Of a stretch of 64,000 bases of DNA, positions 11,656 to 24,149 are shown piece by piece. The stretch comes from Vicugna vicugna (taxonomy: Eukaryota), in NCBI GenBank assembly GCA_013265495.1, contig MU057781.1, positions 992,001-1,056,000 on the forward strand, read 5' to 3'. Within the stretch, counting starts at the first letter, position 1; each line of letters begins with the position of its first letter. The notes beneath the pieces were generated by a model, which was given only the letters and a program-made list of their open reading frames with translations, was not told the DNA's origin and searched no databases. A program made the position numbers and the translations under genes.

Positions 11656-13399
11656 GTACGTGCCCCCTCGCCCCGGAGAGTCGGCTTCGGGCGTGGCCCG
11701 CATGCGCTGACGCGGCCCCCCGCCGGTCCCACAGGGAGAGGCGGGGGCAGCTCTGTCACTGGCAGAACGTGACCGGGCCTGAGTTAAAGCGTCACGCGGC
11801 CTGGGGGAACAGCTCGGGGTGTGTGCGTGGTGCAGGGGTGGGTGGGGCTCTTGCAGGGGCAGGTGTGGGACCGGCGCTGGCGGCGGCTGGCTGGGGCAGG
11901 GGGATGCAGTCTGGAGCCCATCTCTGCCGAAGCCCTGCACCCGCAACCTTCTGCTCCCGCAACCTTCATCTTGACCGCACCCCCGGGGCCGTCTGGCGGG
12001 TCTTCTCCCGAAGGAGCCACTGTTCGGACATCCTGCGCCGGAGTCAGGGCAGCAGACATGCGGCTGCCCTTCCCCAGAGACTGCGATGCTGGAGAGGCCC
12101 TGCCCGTTTCAGTCCTTAAATTTCGGGCATCTGATGCCGGTCGTGCAATGGTCATGGGACTGCGGGTGTGCGTCTCCTTTCCCTGGGGTCTTCCCTCTGC
12201 TCTCTGCTCGTGGGGCCCCGGCATCACAGGGGCTTCATGCCGAGCACCGTTAGGCTCCCCGGGCAGCGAGGGGGGGGGCGTGGCCCCTCCGCCTCCCCTT
12301 GTCCCTGACGGCTCCTTCTCTCAGCTCAGTCTTCGAGTCCCAGACACCCATGCTTCCCTCGCTGTGACCCGGCTTCCTGTGCATCCCAAGCGGGACTTTC
12401 AGATGAAAAGCTCGGGATCTGGAATGGAAGCTACACTGGGTTCCTGCCGGTTAGGGGCTGCAGGGTAAAAGAAAAGGTAATTGAACCTGAAGGTGTGGCA
12501 AGAGAAAGTATGGAGAAAGGCCCAAACCATTACCGGATCGTCGGCCCCCGTGGTCAGTGGTGTGAGTGGAACCCTGGGCGGGACGGGGGGTAGGAAAGGG
12601 CTGGCGTTCTTCAGAGTTTGAAACACGTAAACCGATACACACAGTCAGTAACGAGCTTCCGGCAGGACACACAGGCGCTCGGGGTCCCGCCCTCCCCTCC
12701 GAGGCTCGGTCTCTGCTGGGCCATAGAGCCACCCCAGCCGCTGCCTCCTCAGGAGGCAGCCCTCGGGCCTCGCAGCCGCCGTTACAGCAGGACAGAAGCT
12801 TTACAAGTGACAGGAGGAAGGGAGCACCAGCAGCGTGGGCTCTGAGGTGGTGGGAGTGGCGGGTCGGCGTTGGCAGGGATTTGGAGCAAGGAACGTGATG
12901 AGGGGAGGGTCAGTTCCTCTGAGACGTGACAGCCGTTGTGTGAGCACGCGGTGCCAGGGCTCCAAGTCGGGGAGCCTGTGGGTCCGTGCCCAGTGGGGCA
13001 CCAGCCAGCGAGAGCTCAGTGACGCCCCCGGGACCCTGGCTTTGGGGTCAGTGGCGCAGCCAAGGGACAAGGACATGGCCCGGGGCAGCCCCGGCCTGGA
13101 AACGGCAGCTGTCGGCTCTTCTTCAAAGACGTCTTTCCAAACGAAGGTGGAAGGTGTGTCAGCAGAGACTTCTTCGGAGGATGAGGTTGGCTCTTAACCT
13201 TCCTGGGGAGACCGGCTGGAGGCGGGTCCGTCCCCAGGACTCGGATGTGCCCACCCTGGCGGCCAGAGCACAAGCCTTCCTGGGCCTGGACGCGTCTTGG
13301 CCTCTGGGTGTGTGTGGAACGTTCCACACACTGAAATCTGGGCTGAAGACTCACCTGGGCGCGGGAGGCGGGAGTCACGTGGCCCCGCTCTCCGACCAC

Positions 13400-13660
13400 A
13401 AGGGAGCTGCGTGACGAGTAAACAGAAGCATGTCCGGAAAACTCCCTGACATTTGGAAATAAATAGCAAACTTGTAGACAACCCACGAGTCACAAAGGAA
13501 ATTAGAAGTTGTTTCCGATAACATGAAAAGCAAAGTAAAAACCGTCAGAATCTATGAGACGCGTCTTAAGTAGCGCTTCGAGGGAAACTTCTGGCGTTAA
13601 ATGCTTGCCGTAGAAAGTTTTAAAATGAAGAATAAGTTAACCCAAAGCAAGATCAGAGTG
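13400..13660 (+). mobile_element. LINE-1 ORF2 fragment (post-endonuclease region)
   Basis: catttggaaataaatagcaaacttgtagacaaccc...cagaatctatgagacgc...gagggaaacttctggcgttaaatgc resembles the region coding WKLNN.LLNN...QNLWDAAKAVLRGKFIALNAY. Confidence 0.75.
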
Positions 13661-14079
13661 GGGGTGTGTCTGGGGGCAGAGACGGAAGGTGAGGGGCAGC
13701 TGGGGGTCTCTCCTGGGCTGAGGCCGCCCCTCTGCTAAGGGAGCGTCCTCGCGGGGCCTTGGGCGCCCCGGGGCTGAACGAGCAGTGAGGAGTAGGCACA
13801 GCTCATGGGTGGACGGGGCCTGGGTTCTTGCACAGAAGCTGCAGCCTCAGGAGGGCCGGGAGCCCCTCTGTCGCTGCTGCCTGTCTGTGTCTCACACACC
13901 AGGCAAGTTTTTCAGGGTTTTCTGAAGTGCTCAGTTTTCTAGTTCCCTGTGGTCTGCTAGGTGTCACCTGTCACGACAGGCATCTCAGTAGCTGAAATGC
14001 TCAGCGGACTGAGGTTATCGCCGCAGGGGCCCCGGGGCTGAGTGCGGTGTTTGGTCTTTCCTTGTCCCTTGAGATTGAT

Positions 14080-14330
14080 CTCAAAACATCGTCTCACAAT
14101 CTGCAGTGGAAAACAGAAACCTGAGAAAGAGCCTTCCCGTAACTCAGCGACTTCACTGGAGAAGTAAGCGTCTTGCACACCGTTGTGTATGATGAGGACA
14201 ATCATCAAAAGTTGTCTGATGACAAAAATTGGAAGTAATTTGAAATACCAAGAATTAAACATTTTTACACCGAGGACCAGGCATACGATGGAACGGTCTG
14301 CTACAAACTGTGCCCTGGAAGAGTGTGCAT
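14080..14330 (+). mobile_element. Probable old LINE-1 3' fragment
   Basis: A-rich segment with aaaaattggaagtaatttgaaatacc and catacgatggaac, resembling the L1M 3' consensus from memory. Confidence 0.45.
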
Positions 14331-15156
14331 CCGTGCATGTGCCGGGCGTGTGCCGGGGCAGCTGACGGCGACCTTACACCCAGCCTGCTCCTCCTTGCCT
14401 GCCTACTGTCGATTTAAAGCATCTCACAGTGAGAGCCCTCAGTGTTTTCCTGTCTTGGTCTTCAATGCACTGGTGACAGGTTAGCTGGTGTCCCGGCTGG
14501 CTGCTGGCTCCCGGACGGCATCCCCTGGGGCGAGACTGACTGCACAGGACAGCACTGCACTGGGCGTGGGTCAAGGCCAGGTCTGAGGCCCTGAGGCCGT
14601 GTCTCGTGGTGTCCACAGGACTGGACAGTGTCTGGGAGAGGGGACGAAGCCCAAGCTCCCAAGGAGGGTGTGGGTGCCCAACGGTGCTGTGTCCCCCGGT
14701 GGTCCCCTCCTGCAGCCACGGTCCACCGTGGGCACGTTCACGGCCCGCAGGGTAACTGGGTACCTGGAACAGCCGTGCTTCCTGGTGGGAAGTGGTCGGT
14801 GGTCTCCATGCTCCTGGTCTGGACCTTGTCCTAGACTCAGCACGGTGTGCGCGTGCGTGTGTGCACATTTGTCACCCGTCTGCTGACCAGGACTGTGGTG
14901 GGTTGCGGTAAAGCCCGCCTGACCCTGGCCCTGCAGTGCGTCCCCTTTGTGCCCGCCCATCACCCTCCGTGTGTCACGCGTGGAGCCATCTCTGCAGCGT
15001 TCCCTGGATGTCCTGGTGGAGAGGACCCTGTGCTCTGGCGTCCTGGGCAGGGTGGGCCAGCTAATGGCCACCCTCCCACCACAGCCTGATGGCCTCTGGC
15101 TGTCAAAGGGAGGAAAATTTAATTTTTACAAGATTAATGGCATTGGAGCAATATTT

Positions 15157-15296
15157 NNNNNNNNNNNNNNNNNNNNNNNNNNNNNNNNNNNNNNNNNNNN
15201 NNNNNNNNNNNNNNNNNNNNNNNNNNNNNNNNNNNNNNNNNNNNNNNNNNNNNNNNNNNNNNNNNNNNNNNNNNNNNNNNNNNNNNNNNNNNNNNN
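15157..15296. other. Assembly gap (140 N)
   Basis: Run of n. Confidence 1.
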
Positions 15297-15339
15297 AGCT
15301 GCACCTGGTGATGAGCGGGGGTGGGGGCGCGCGGAGCAT

Positions 15340-15530
15340 GGGGGCTGCAGCCTGGGGGGTGGGGGGCAGAGGCCTGAGGGGAGCGTGGCCTGGGGGACCT
15401 CTGAGCCTACAGGGCTGTGACCTGGGGTGAGGACTGTGACCTGGGGGGGGGCCTGCGGCCTGGGGAGACAGTGGCCTAGGGGAGCAATGGCCTGGGGAGG
15501 GCTGTGACCTAGGGGGCTGTGACGGCATGA
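15340..15530. repeat. Degenerate G-rich short-unit repeat ((G)CTGTGACCTGGGG / GTGGCCTGGGG) next to an assembly gap
   Basis: At least seven g(a/g)cct(g/a)gggg-type units. Confidence 0.65.
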
Positions 15531-18330
15531 GGGTGTGGGGGGCTGCAGCACAGGCAGGAGCTTGCAGATGCTCATATTCACCAGGAGATGGCGCCAAAGC
15601 AACATCTCGTACCCTGAGCAGGGGACGCTCAGAGGGCAATTTTTAGATTCAAAAAAGATTGTTAAATCCTGTCCTTCCATAAGAACCATCCCGAGTGGCC
15701 ATTCACTTAAGCAGGTGGCTCGGCTAGTCTGCTCGGGCCTGAGGAGACAGCGCCCCATTGGCCGTCCTGGGCGGGTCCAATCTGCCTGCGTTTTCTGCGG
15801 GAATCCAGGAGTTGGAACCCTGTTCCTTCAGAGGCACCACCAGCCTTGCAGTGACGTCGCCCGTCCCATTCACGGGAACTCACTCACTGCCCTCCCGGGC
15901 CGAGGGCCTGGCTCCGGGTGAGCAGGCGGACGGCAGGCGCTCGTGCTGGTCCAGCCCCAGCCGCCTGGGCCCTTGCCTCCTGGCAGCGGCCACCTCGGTG
16001 TGCTGGGTGCTGGGGTTCTCATACTGTGCCTTCCTCCCCAGCTCTCTTCCCTGCGCCCAGGGCCTGGAGTTGGGCCAGCAAACGTGCTCTGATCAGGGAG
16101 GGGGTCCTGGGGCGGAGGAGGCCGTCCCAGCTGCGTGTTGGACGTGGCTGCCCTCAGTGTGGACCCCCACCAGGGCGGCTCATGGGGAGTCCCAGCCGAG
16201 GACAGAGCTTGAGGCTCCACTTTGGAGATCGGCAAGATGGGAGGCCCATCATGGGTGCGGTGGGGGAGGTGGGGGCAGAGTGGGCGGGAGCCACGGGTCA
16301 GGGAGGAAAGACCCCACGGGGGGGGGCGCCCCCAGGCACCTGCCTTCCCCAGCCCAGACCCCTGCCTGGGGCTGCCCCGGAGGATGCCGACTTCGGTGTG
16401 CCCAGGGGCCTGGAGGAGGTGCCCAGCAGAGAAGGGTCCGGCCTCTGGTGGGGCCTGTGCCGCTGTGGCCTGGACGGGCTTTGTCCCGGGGATGGAACAC
16501 TGCCAGCGCTCTCTGTGGCGAAGGATAAACGCCCTCCGTGTCCTGGCAGGCACCTGCGTCCGACCTGCCCCCGACGGCTCTGTTTGCCGAGAAAGAACCA
16601 GGGTGTCCGGTACTAACCACCGGGAGTGTCAGGATGCGCTGCTTCTGCCCACGCCAGGCCAGGCCAGGCGCTCTCATGGAAGAAAGTGACCATCTCCAGG
16701 GCCACATGGTTGTGAGCAGAAATGGCAGCAGGAGGTGACTTGGGAGCCCCTTGAAGTGTGACTGAGGGGGACCTGGGCTGGGGCCACTCCTGGGGTGGCT
16801 CTGGTGTCCCTTGTGGGCACCGCATGGTGGAGCCAGCGGCCATGATCTGCACACCTGGTGGATCCGCACCTGCAGGCGCATGGGTACCTGTACCTGGTGC
16901 GACATTTGCAAGTGCAGACGAGCACCGGGAGGCAGGGGTGTGGCTGTCACTTGGCCCCTCCTGGACTCCGTGGTACCATGTTTTGCCAGCCCTGTGGCCC
17001 CCTGTCGTCTTGGAGGAAGGTGGCTGCCAGTCCAGCCACACCCTCTGTCCTCAGCCCCTCCTGCTCTTCCCTTCCTCTGTCCCCTGCAGGCCCCCACTTC
17101 CTTTCCATCCCTGGGCCAGAGCAAACCTGCCTCAGGGCCTTTGCACCAGTCTGGCCCCACCTGGGCGCCCCTTCTTCCCCAGTTACCTGTGGGCTAGCTG
17201 CCTCAGGAAAGCCCTGCCTGGACCTCCCTGTCAGCCCTGCTTCTTCCCTTGTCCCATCTGCTCCTCCCTGTTCTATGTAATCCTGCCCTCCCAGGCCTGG
17301 CTCCCCGCTCTGTCATGCATGCTCTGTGTGGACAGTGTCAGCACACCCTCTGTAAATTGTTGGGTTTAATGATCGAGTCCATTGGAAGACCGTTAATCAG
17401 GCATGTGATGTGAATCCGTGACTCTGTCAGAAAGATGATTCATACAAGAACACTTGGAGGAAACTTTCTCGGCTACAAGGACAGGTTCCAAGGAAGGCTG
17501 GGACTTTCCTCAGGCAGTGCCGGCCTCCAGGGACACAGATGCCCCGTCTCCCCCACGCCCATGAATGCTGGGCCCGAGCATAGGGAGGGACTGAGGGGTT
17601 CCCCCCGGGGTGTGCAAGGGCTGCATGTAGACCCACTGGGCGGGGTGGGCCAGGTTCAGGGACAGGGTCCCCGGGGGAGGCACCGAGCACAGTGTCCAGA
17701 CGGAGGGACCAGGAAACCCTCTGAGTCACACGGAGTGTCCGAAGGCTGCGGCGGGAGCCTGCGGGGCCCCGGTTTCCCGCAGTGGTCTCCCCACACTCCC
17801 TCCTCCTGGTTTCAGAGGCTCATCCAGCCCCTTGGAAAATGCTTCCACCCAGACCCCAGGATCGGCCCCCTGGGAACCCCCCAGAGAGGCAGTGGGTCAC
17901 AGGCACTGCCTTCTTAACCTCGGCGCCCCCGGCGCCCTCGGCCTGACACCGAGGAGGTGCTGCACGGTTCTCAAGACTGCGAAGTGCCCACCAATGCAGC
18001 TGAGAGTCATGTCTGACTTTGCCGTGTGTGGGGAGCGGAGACAGGCATCACCCGCCGGCCGACAGGGCTGAACGTGGAGACTCAGAGTGACAGCTTTCCT
18101 ACCCCCGGCTCCAGCGTGGCAGAATGAGGATGAAGTTGTGAACTTACTGTTGTGTAACTTCCTCATCTGATTGCACTGCAGGGTAAAACATCCAGCATGG
18201 GGGCCCCTCACTGTTCTCCTGGTCATTTGTCTGACCTGGGAGCCCAGAATAGGGGCTGGTGTGCATTCAGGCTTGTCCAGGTTGGTAATGGCCCAAGGAG
18301 ACACGGCCAGGGGCCACTCACGTGACTTTA

Positions 18331-18451
18331 TCACCTGGTGACCCCACATCCTCCCCCCTCACCTGGTGACCCTGCATCCTCCCCTCTCACCTGGTACCCA
18401 GTCCTCCCCTCTCACGTGGTGGCCCCACATCCTCCCCACTCACTTGGTGAC
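18331..18451. repeat. About 28-bp degenerate tandem repeat, about 4.4 copies
   Basis: Units start at 18331, 18359, 18387, 18412 and 18440, each TCAC(C/G/T)TGGT followed (except the truncated last copy) by a TCCTCCCC tract. Confidence 0.9.
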
Positions 18452-19599
18452 TTGCTTGAGTGCAGCGGCGGTCCACAGTGGGCACAGAGGACGGGCTGGT
18501 GGAGGACACTTACCCACATGGCCTTGGCAGTCTTGGGGTTGCCTTAACATGTGGTGGTTCTGACTTCCCCTCAAAGCTCTGAAGGTGGGGATCCATCTGG
18601 GCAGAGACAGGTCCGTGCTCTTCAGCACTGGAACCTGGCGACCCCAGGGCACTGGGAAGACGGGGGGCTGTGGGGGGCTTCCTGGGTTGCGAGGCCATGA
18701 CTGGCGGCGCCTCTGCTGCCCGAGGGTCCTGGGCTCAGCCCTGCCTCCAGCCTGCGGCCTCCGCCTTCATCCCTGGCTAAGTAGATCCCTGAAAAGAGGA
18801 GCATAGGTGGGCTTCCCTTGCTGAGGCGAGAGTGGCCAGACCAGAAACCCACGGACATGGACTTGAGGGCCACCAAGGTTTCCCACGGCCTCGCTTGTCC
18901 AGGGTGAAATCAAACGAGGGAGGAAAAGTGACCCTTTCAGGCCCCTCCGGGAAGCACCTCCCATTCCAGCCTGAAGCTTCACTTTGAAAACCCACCTGGC
19001 CCATGGGTTCCAGGTCCAGGGGGACGCTGTGCCCTGACAGCAGGTCCCCCCAGAGTCAGACCTCGCGGCCCAGGGGCAGCCCTGGCACCCGGGGCTCTGC
19101 CTACACCCAGGGGGCTCCATCCACACAGAGAGGGGCCCATCCTCACCTAGGAGGAGTCCGTCCTCACCTGGAGGGATCTGTCCACACTCCCACTTACTCC
19201 ATTGTCCATGCTGGTGGCTCTTGGGCCCAGGATACCTTGACAGCTGGTCACCAGCAAACTGGCTCCTTCCTCTTCCTTCCCCTCCCGTCTTGGGGGCTCC
19301 TTCCTCTCCTCACGAGGGAGCGCGCCTGGAGGGTCCCGCTGGCCTCGGTGGCCTCCTACGGGAGGGTCTGGGCCTCCCTCTGGCAAAGTGGGGTCTGCCC
19401 CCGCCCGACCCAGGGCGCCTGCTGGAGGGGGGTGCGCGGCTGCTCTTTCCGTCGCAGTCCGGGGCCCTGGGGGACGGGCCCGAAGCTGTGCTCCTCCTGG
19501 GGAGACGCCCTCTCAGACCCTCCTGGCACCCTTCTCTGAGACCTGCCCCTTTCCTCAGATTTCAGGGAACATTCATGGAAGGTTCATGGCGTTACTGCT

Positions 19600-20360
19600 G
19601 TTCTCTGGGCCGAGGACGGGGGCCGAGGGGCGTGCGTTTCTGGCGCGGGCACCGTTGTGCCTTAGGAGGCCCCTGCCTCGCCCCAGCTCCATGCCTCTCC
19701 CGCCTGTGGGGCCAGACAGGGCTGATGAAGTGAGGGAAGCAAGATTGGTTTTCCGAGGGCACCGGGCCTTCCGCGCTCCGCTAAATCACGCCGCCTGCCC
19801 AGCGGGCGGGGCAGCGCGCCCCCGGCTCGGCGCCCGCGGCCCCACGGGACGGGTGATGTGCAGCCGGGCGGCGGCCGGGGCTGCAGGGAAGGTGAAGCTG
19901 TCATATCGATCTTTTTAGCACTAAAATATGAGCCACTTTACTCTGCTCCCCGCTGCTGTGATGTGAAAAATAATAACTCGGATCCAAATTAAAAATATTG
20001 ATCCCTGGAAGGTGCAGAAAGTAAATAAACGCTCCCGAAGTTTTCGGGTCAGCCCGAGACGGCGCTCAGCAGTAAATGTGTCCGCACGTCAGGGCCCAGG
20101 CTTCTTGATCTGTGTTTTCTTTAAATTGATTTTTCATTATTTACTTCCTAAAAGTGTTGGAATTTGGTCCTCCACTGTTAAAGCCCAGTGTTTGGGCGAA
20201 TTATTTCTTTGGGGCTTATGAGGTGCGCCTAATCCACTCACCCATTGATTGATTGATTTTTGACTCAATGAGCTTGCAGCCCCTGCCTTATTTAGGGCTT
20301 CCATCATAATTTTTTACACATTTAGGCTTGACTTTTTTATTTCCCTCTAACAGATGAGCT
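19600..20360. promoter_or_regulatory. Candidate enhancer: CpG-rich segment abutting an AT-rich motif cluster
   Basis: CpG-dense 19600-19880, then ATCGAT (19905), GTAAATAAAC (20021), ATTGATTGATTGATT (20244) and TGACTCA (20261). Confidence 0.5.
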
Positions 20361-22269
20361 GGCGTGGGGCTATCCAACAGGGAGGACAGTTGCCACGAGG
20401 TTGATTTTATCCGGCCGTGCCTTCTGGGGAGACGCTGGGTGTGTCCTGGCCAAGGGCCAGTGGTGGAGCAGAGCCTTTCCCGGCCCCTGTAACCCAGCTG
20501 CCCGTCTGGGCTGCGACCTCGGGGTCCGAGAGCTGCTGGAGTCTCAGGTGCCAAGGTTTTCCGTGAGCTCAGGGAGACACTGAGCTGTGTGTTTCTGGAA
20601 GGGTCTCCCCAACCCAGGGCCCTGAAGCTTGAGCAGGTCCCAGTCGCTGCACAGCCTGGGTCCGCGAGGCCTGGCAGGAAGGCGGGAGGGATGGAGCCAG
20701 GGCGGCTCAAGAAGGAAGAGGAAGTGGTGCCTGGGCACCTCCTGTGTGGCTGTTTGTGGGGTGAGAGCTCGCCCGGGAAGACCTCGGACTTAAAACGTGG
20801 CTCTTGACCAACAGCACGCCCTGCAGCACTGAGACCAGTGACCATTTCCTCCTGGTGTCCAGGATGAGAGGCTCCCTGGGCTGGGCCATGGGCAGCGGGA
20901 GGAAGGGGCTGTGCCCAGGGCTCTCGGGGGAGGCGGCGTGCTGTCCCCACTGAGCTTGGTGTGCTTCACGTCGCTGTGCGCCCCTTGGTGTCCGGAAGAC
21001 CCTGTGCGTCTGCTCGCAGCCGTGAGAGCAGGGCAGACGTTTTCAGTGCGTGCCGTCCAGCTGGTGGTGCTGAGCGGTGTTGAGAACAGGTGGTGACACG
21101 GAAACGCTTGCAGGCTCAGTGCTAGCTCGAGTGGGAGCACTTCACGAACCGCCTCTCATGGGACCCTCACACCGCCCATGGCTGCCCCGGTTGGACGGGG
21201 AGGAGGCCGAGGCTGTGGGGTCTTCTCTGCCTCACTTGGACTTGCAGCGTGGCTGCGGGAGCCTGGGGTTCTGATCCACTGAGTCCAGGACAGGCTGGGA
21301 AGGCCGACAGATGTTTCTGGGAGAGGCTGGTGTGCTGACTGGTGGGAAGGAGGGCCACTGCCAGGCCTGGGGGCAATCACTGCATCCCTTGACAGAGGCC
21401 AGGGCCCCCAGGAGTCTAGGCGGGCCTGTCTGGAGGGATGGGGGCTCATGGAGAAAGGAACTGCTTTTCTCTGTCCTGGTTTGGAGGCAATGGCCGCTGC
21501 ATGCTGGCAGGTAGTGGGCACCCCCAGGTGTGGCGCTGGCCCTTTGGGTGTGGCACCTACTCCAGGGTTTTGGGTGGGGGATGGGAGGAGCCCTGTCATC
21601 CTGGGCACATGACCAGGTCTCTGGGGACTAAGCACCCTGCAGCAGGGAACTTGTCCCTGAGTGTCGGATGCCCATGAGTGTCCAGTCATGTGGCCACATT
21701 TGCCAGCTGTAATGTCCTTTCCTGGAGCACCAGTACCTGCCCTTCACTTTGGGTACCATTTCCACCCGTAGAAGCAGTATTTCGGACAAGAACACGTGTC
21801 TAGGAGGCTGGCACGGCCTTCAGATGCATGTGGGAGGCTTGCTGGCTGTGTTGAGAAGTTCTAGAGCATTACCTCTCCACTTCCTCACCAAGGACCAAGA
21901 GAGGACCGCTGGAGAGCAGGGGCCAGCAGTGGAATGCTCCCCGCAGGCCCCGAGCTGAGACCACACGTGTCAGCCTCCTCTCGGAGGCCTCAGTGAAGTC
22001 TGCTGCTCTTGGTGGAGGTCTTGGTCCAGCTTCCTGGGCACGAAGGTGGAGTGAAGCCTTTCCACTTGGCTACAGGGTGTGTGTGTTGTGCTCTGTGTGT
22101 TGGGCCTGCTGCCGGGGGCCATGGATGCAGACACAAGACATGCATGCTGACCATGACACCCCAAGTGCCCACACTTCTCAAGGCCACACTGGAAGGCAGA
22201 AGACCTACCTCAACCCCTGGCGTGCCGGGAATTCCCATCCAGAATGCTCATCCAGCCAGTCTGTAAACA

Positions 22270-23250
22270 TGTGGGCAGGGAAAATGAAGACTGTATTTTA
22301 GGTATGTAAGGTCTTTTTAAAAAATGTCCCCAGTGCCCTTAGTCAGGAAGCTTTGGTACTCTATCAGAAGGTCCAGGAAACACAGGAAGCTGGGGTTCGA
22401 GTGTACCAGCTCCCCTGAGGGTGTGGAGCAGAGAGCTCGGACATGAGTGCTGGTTACTTCCACCCTGACCAGGTGTCTGCTGGGCTCTTAGCAGAGAGCT
22501 TGTCTGGCGCCCTGAGCATGAAAAGCACATCCCCTTTCTGTTCAGCCCCGTAAACTCTGATGTGTGCTGCTCTGTGCTGGGCCTGATTCTCTCAGGGGAA
22601 TCCCCAGGTCAGCAGAGACGGGAGATCCCAGGAGCATGACATGTATGTGACAGGAGAGAGCGCAGCCATGCAGCTGGTTAGGTTTCTAAGAGAGAGTCTC
22701 CAAAGTGAAATTAATAGGTTTTTATGTTTTGAGATACCGAGATGAGGTTTAGAGAGTGTGTGAATGAATTATGATGAATGAATGTTAAAGAACTCTGTTA
22801 ACAAAAAAGAAGGCGATAATGAGCTCCAGGGAAAACAAAAAGCTGCTCGAGAGGGGAAACGCAATCTTAATGCAATAAGAGCATTTTCAAAGCTATAATG
22901 ACATAAGTGCTGATTATTAATTTATTTAAAGCTGTTTTTATCCAGAGAATGGGGATCAGAGATAGTTGTGTGTGTGTATGTGTGTGTGAGAGACAGTCAT
23001 GTAATTGAAGGGAAAAGTGGTATAAAGGGATAAAATCCCCGTCTTCTGCAGTGGAAACATCAATAGTTAATGTTGAAAACTAGAAAATCAAGGAGCAGCA
23101 TTGTCAACTTCAGAGACATGGAGGTAAATATCTAAAGAAGACAACTGAGAGGCAGCAACAGCCTCGGGGGTAAAAAACTGAAGTGATCAGGGCACTGCTG
23201 AAGCCTTGCAACTGTGACTTTTTTGGACAAACTTAAAAAAAAAATAGCAG
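22270..23250 (+). mobile_element. Very old LINE-1 3' region (L1MC/L1ME-like) with internal (TG)n
   Basis: A-rich + strand; motifs such as gggaatccccagg...gagatcccagg, catggaggtaaata and a terminal A-run at about 23233-23245 resemble the remembered L1ME 3' end. (TG)n at about 22966-22988. Confidence 0.65.
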
Positions 23251-24149
23251 GAAGAGATTCCTTCTCTCAATGGTGACCTCAGAGAAGACTTGCAGAGGAG
23301 GAGGTGGTGTTTGGGTGGTGTGGTGATGGGGAGGTGGCACGTGGACTTGTGCGCTGGTGCATCGAAGCAGCTCTGGGCAGTGAGCAAGGGTAATCCCAGC
23401 CGTCCGGGCGTGGGCTGTCTGAAGGAGACGGCATGGGAGGGGGAGGCTAGCATCCTGAAGATTCTCTGAGATCAGGTGAAGGGATGTGAACGTGATTCGG
23501 GGGGGTGGGCACTGCAGTTTTGGGAAAAGAGGTGAGGCCACCGGAGCTATGGAAAGGCAGAGAAGGGATAGGTGGGTTGTTTCAAATTTCAAAGGCCTGT
23601 CAGACGTAGCCTTGAAGTTCTTGTTGAAGTAAATGCACAGAATAGACCAGAAGTAGTGATCCACTTTGGTTTTATTTTCTCGACTCTGGTCCGTTCTTCT
23701 CGCTAAGCCTGAGCCATCCAGGGAATGTTCCCTAGTGAACGCTGGAGAGAAGCGGGGCCAAACCAACCCGGGGGGTGAAGACGGTGCAGGTCTCTGCGTC
23801 TCACTGGGATGAGGAGGCCAGAGTGTGTCCAGTCCTAGAGTCAAGCTTGCTGTCCCCTCCCCCACACACATCCTTATACTCCAGCCAGATCACACTGTGC
23901 CCCCAGATGCATAGCTCCACCCCTTTGTGATGCAGGTTTGAAGAAGTCCAGAGCCCAGTGCAAATTGTTTGAGGCTTGAGATCAACTTTACTGAACTGAC
24001 TGCACTGAAAGTAATGAGGACAATGTCTCCTTCAGGAAGAAACAGTAGAAAGTGAAGTGCTTTCCTGAACAGTCAGAGTGGATTTCTAACCCAAAGGTAT
24101 TTTGTTTACATCTTTAAAATCTAGTCACGTAGTTACGGCTTGAAAGCTG

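Noticed and set aside
20320-20405. Textbook acceptor (ttgacttttttatttccctctaacAG, 20353)
   Set aside because: No convincing donor nearby, and the frame reaches TGA within 17 codons; more likely part of the AT-rich element.
24010-24075. Possible C/D-box snoRNA (ATGAGGA ... CTGA with ACTG/CAGT ends)
   Set aside because: Imperfect C box, stem too far from the box, short spacing, and it sits between repeat relics. A snoscan/Rfam hit would be needed.
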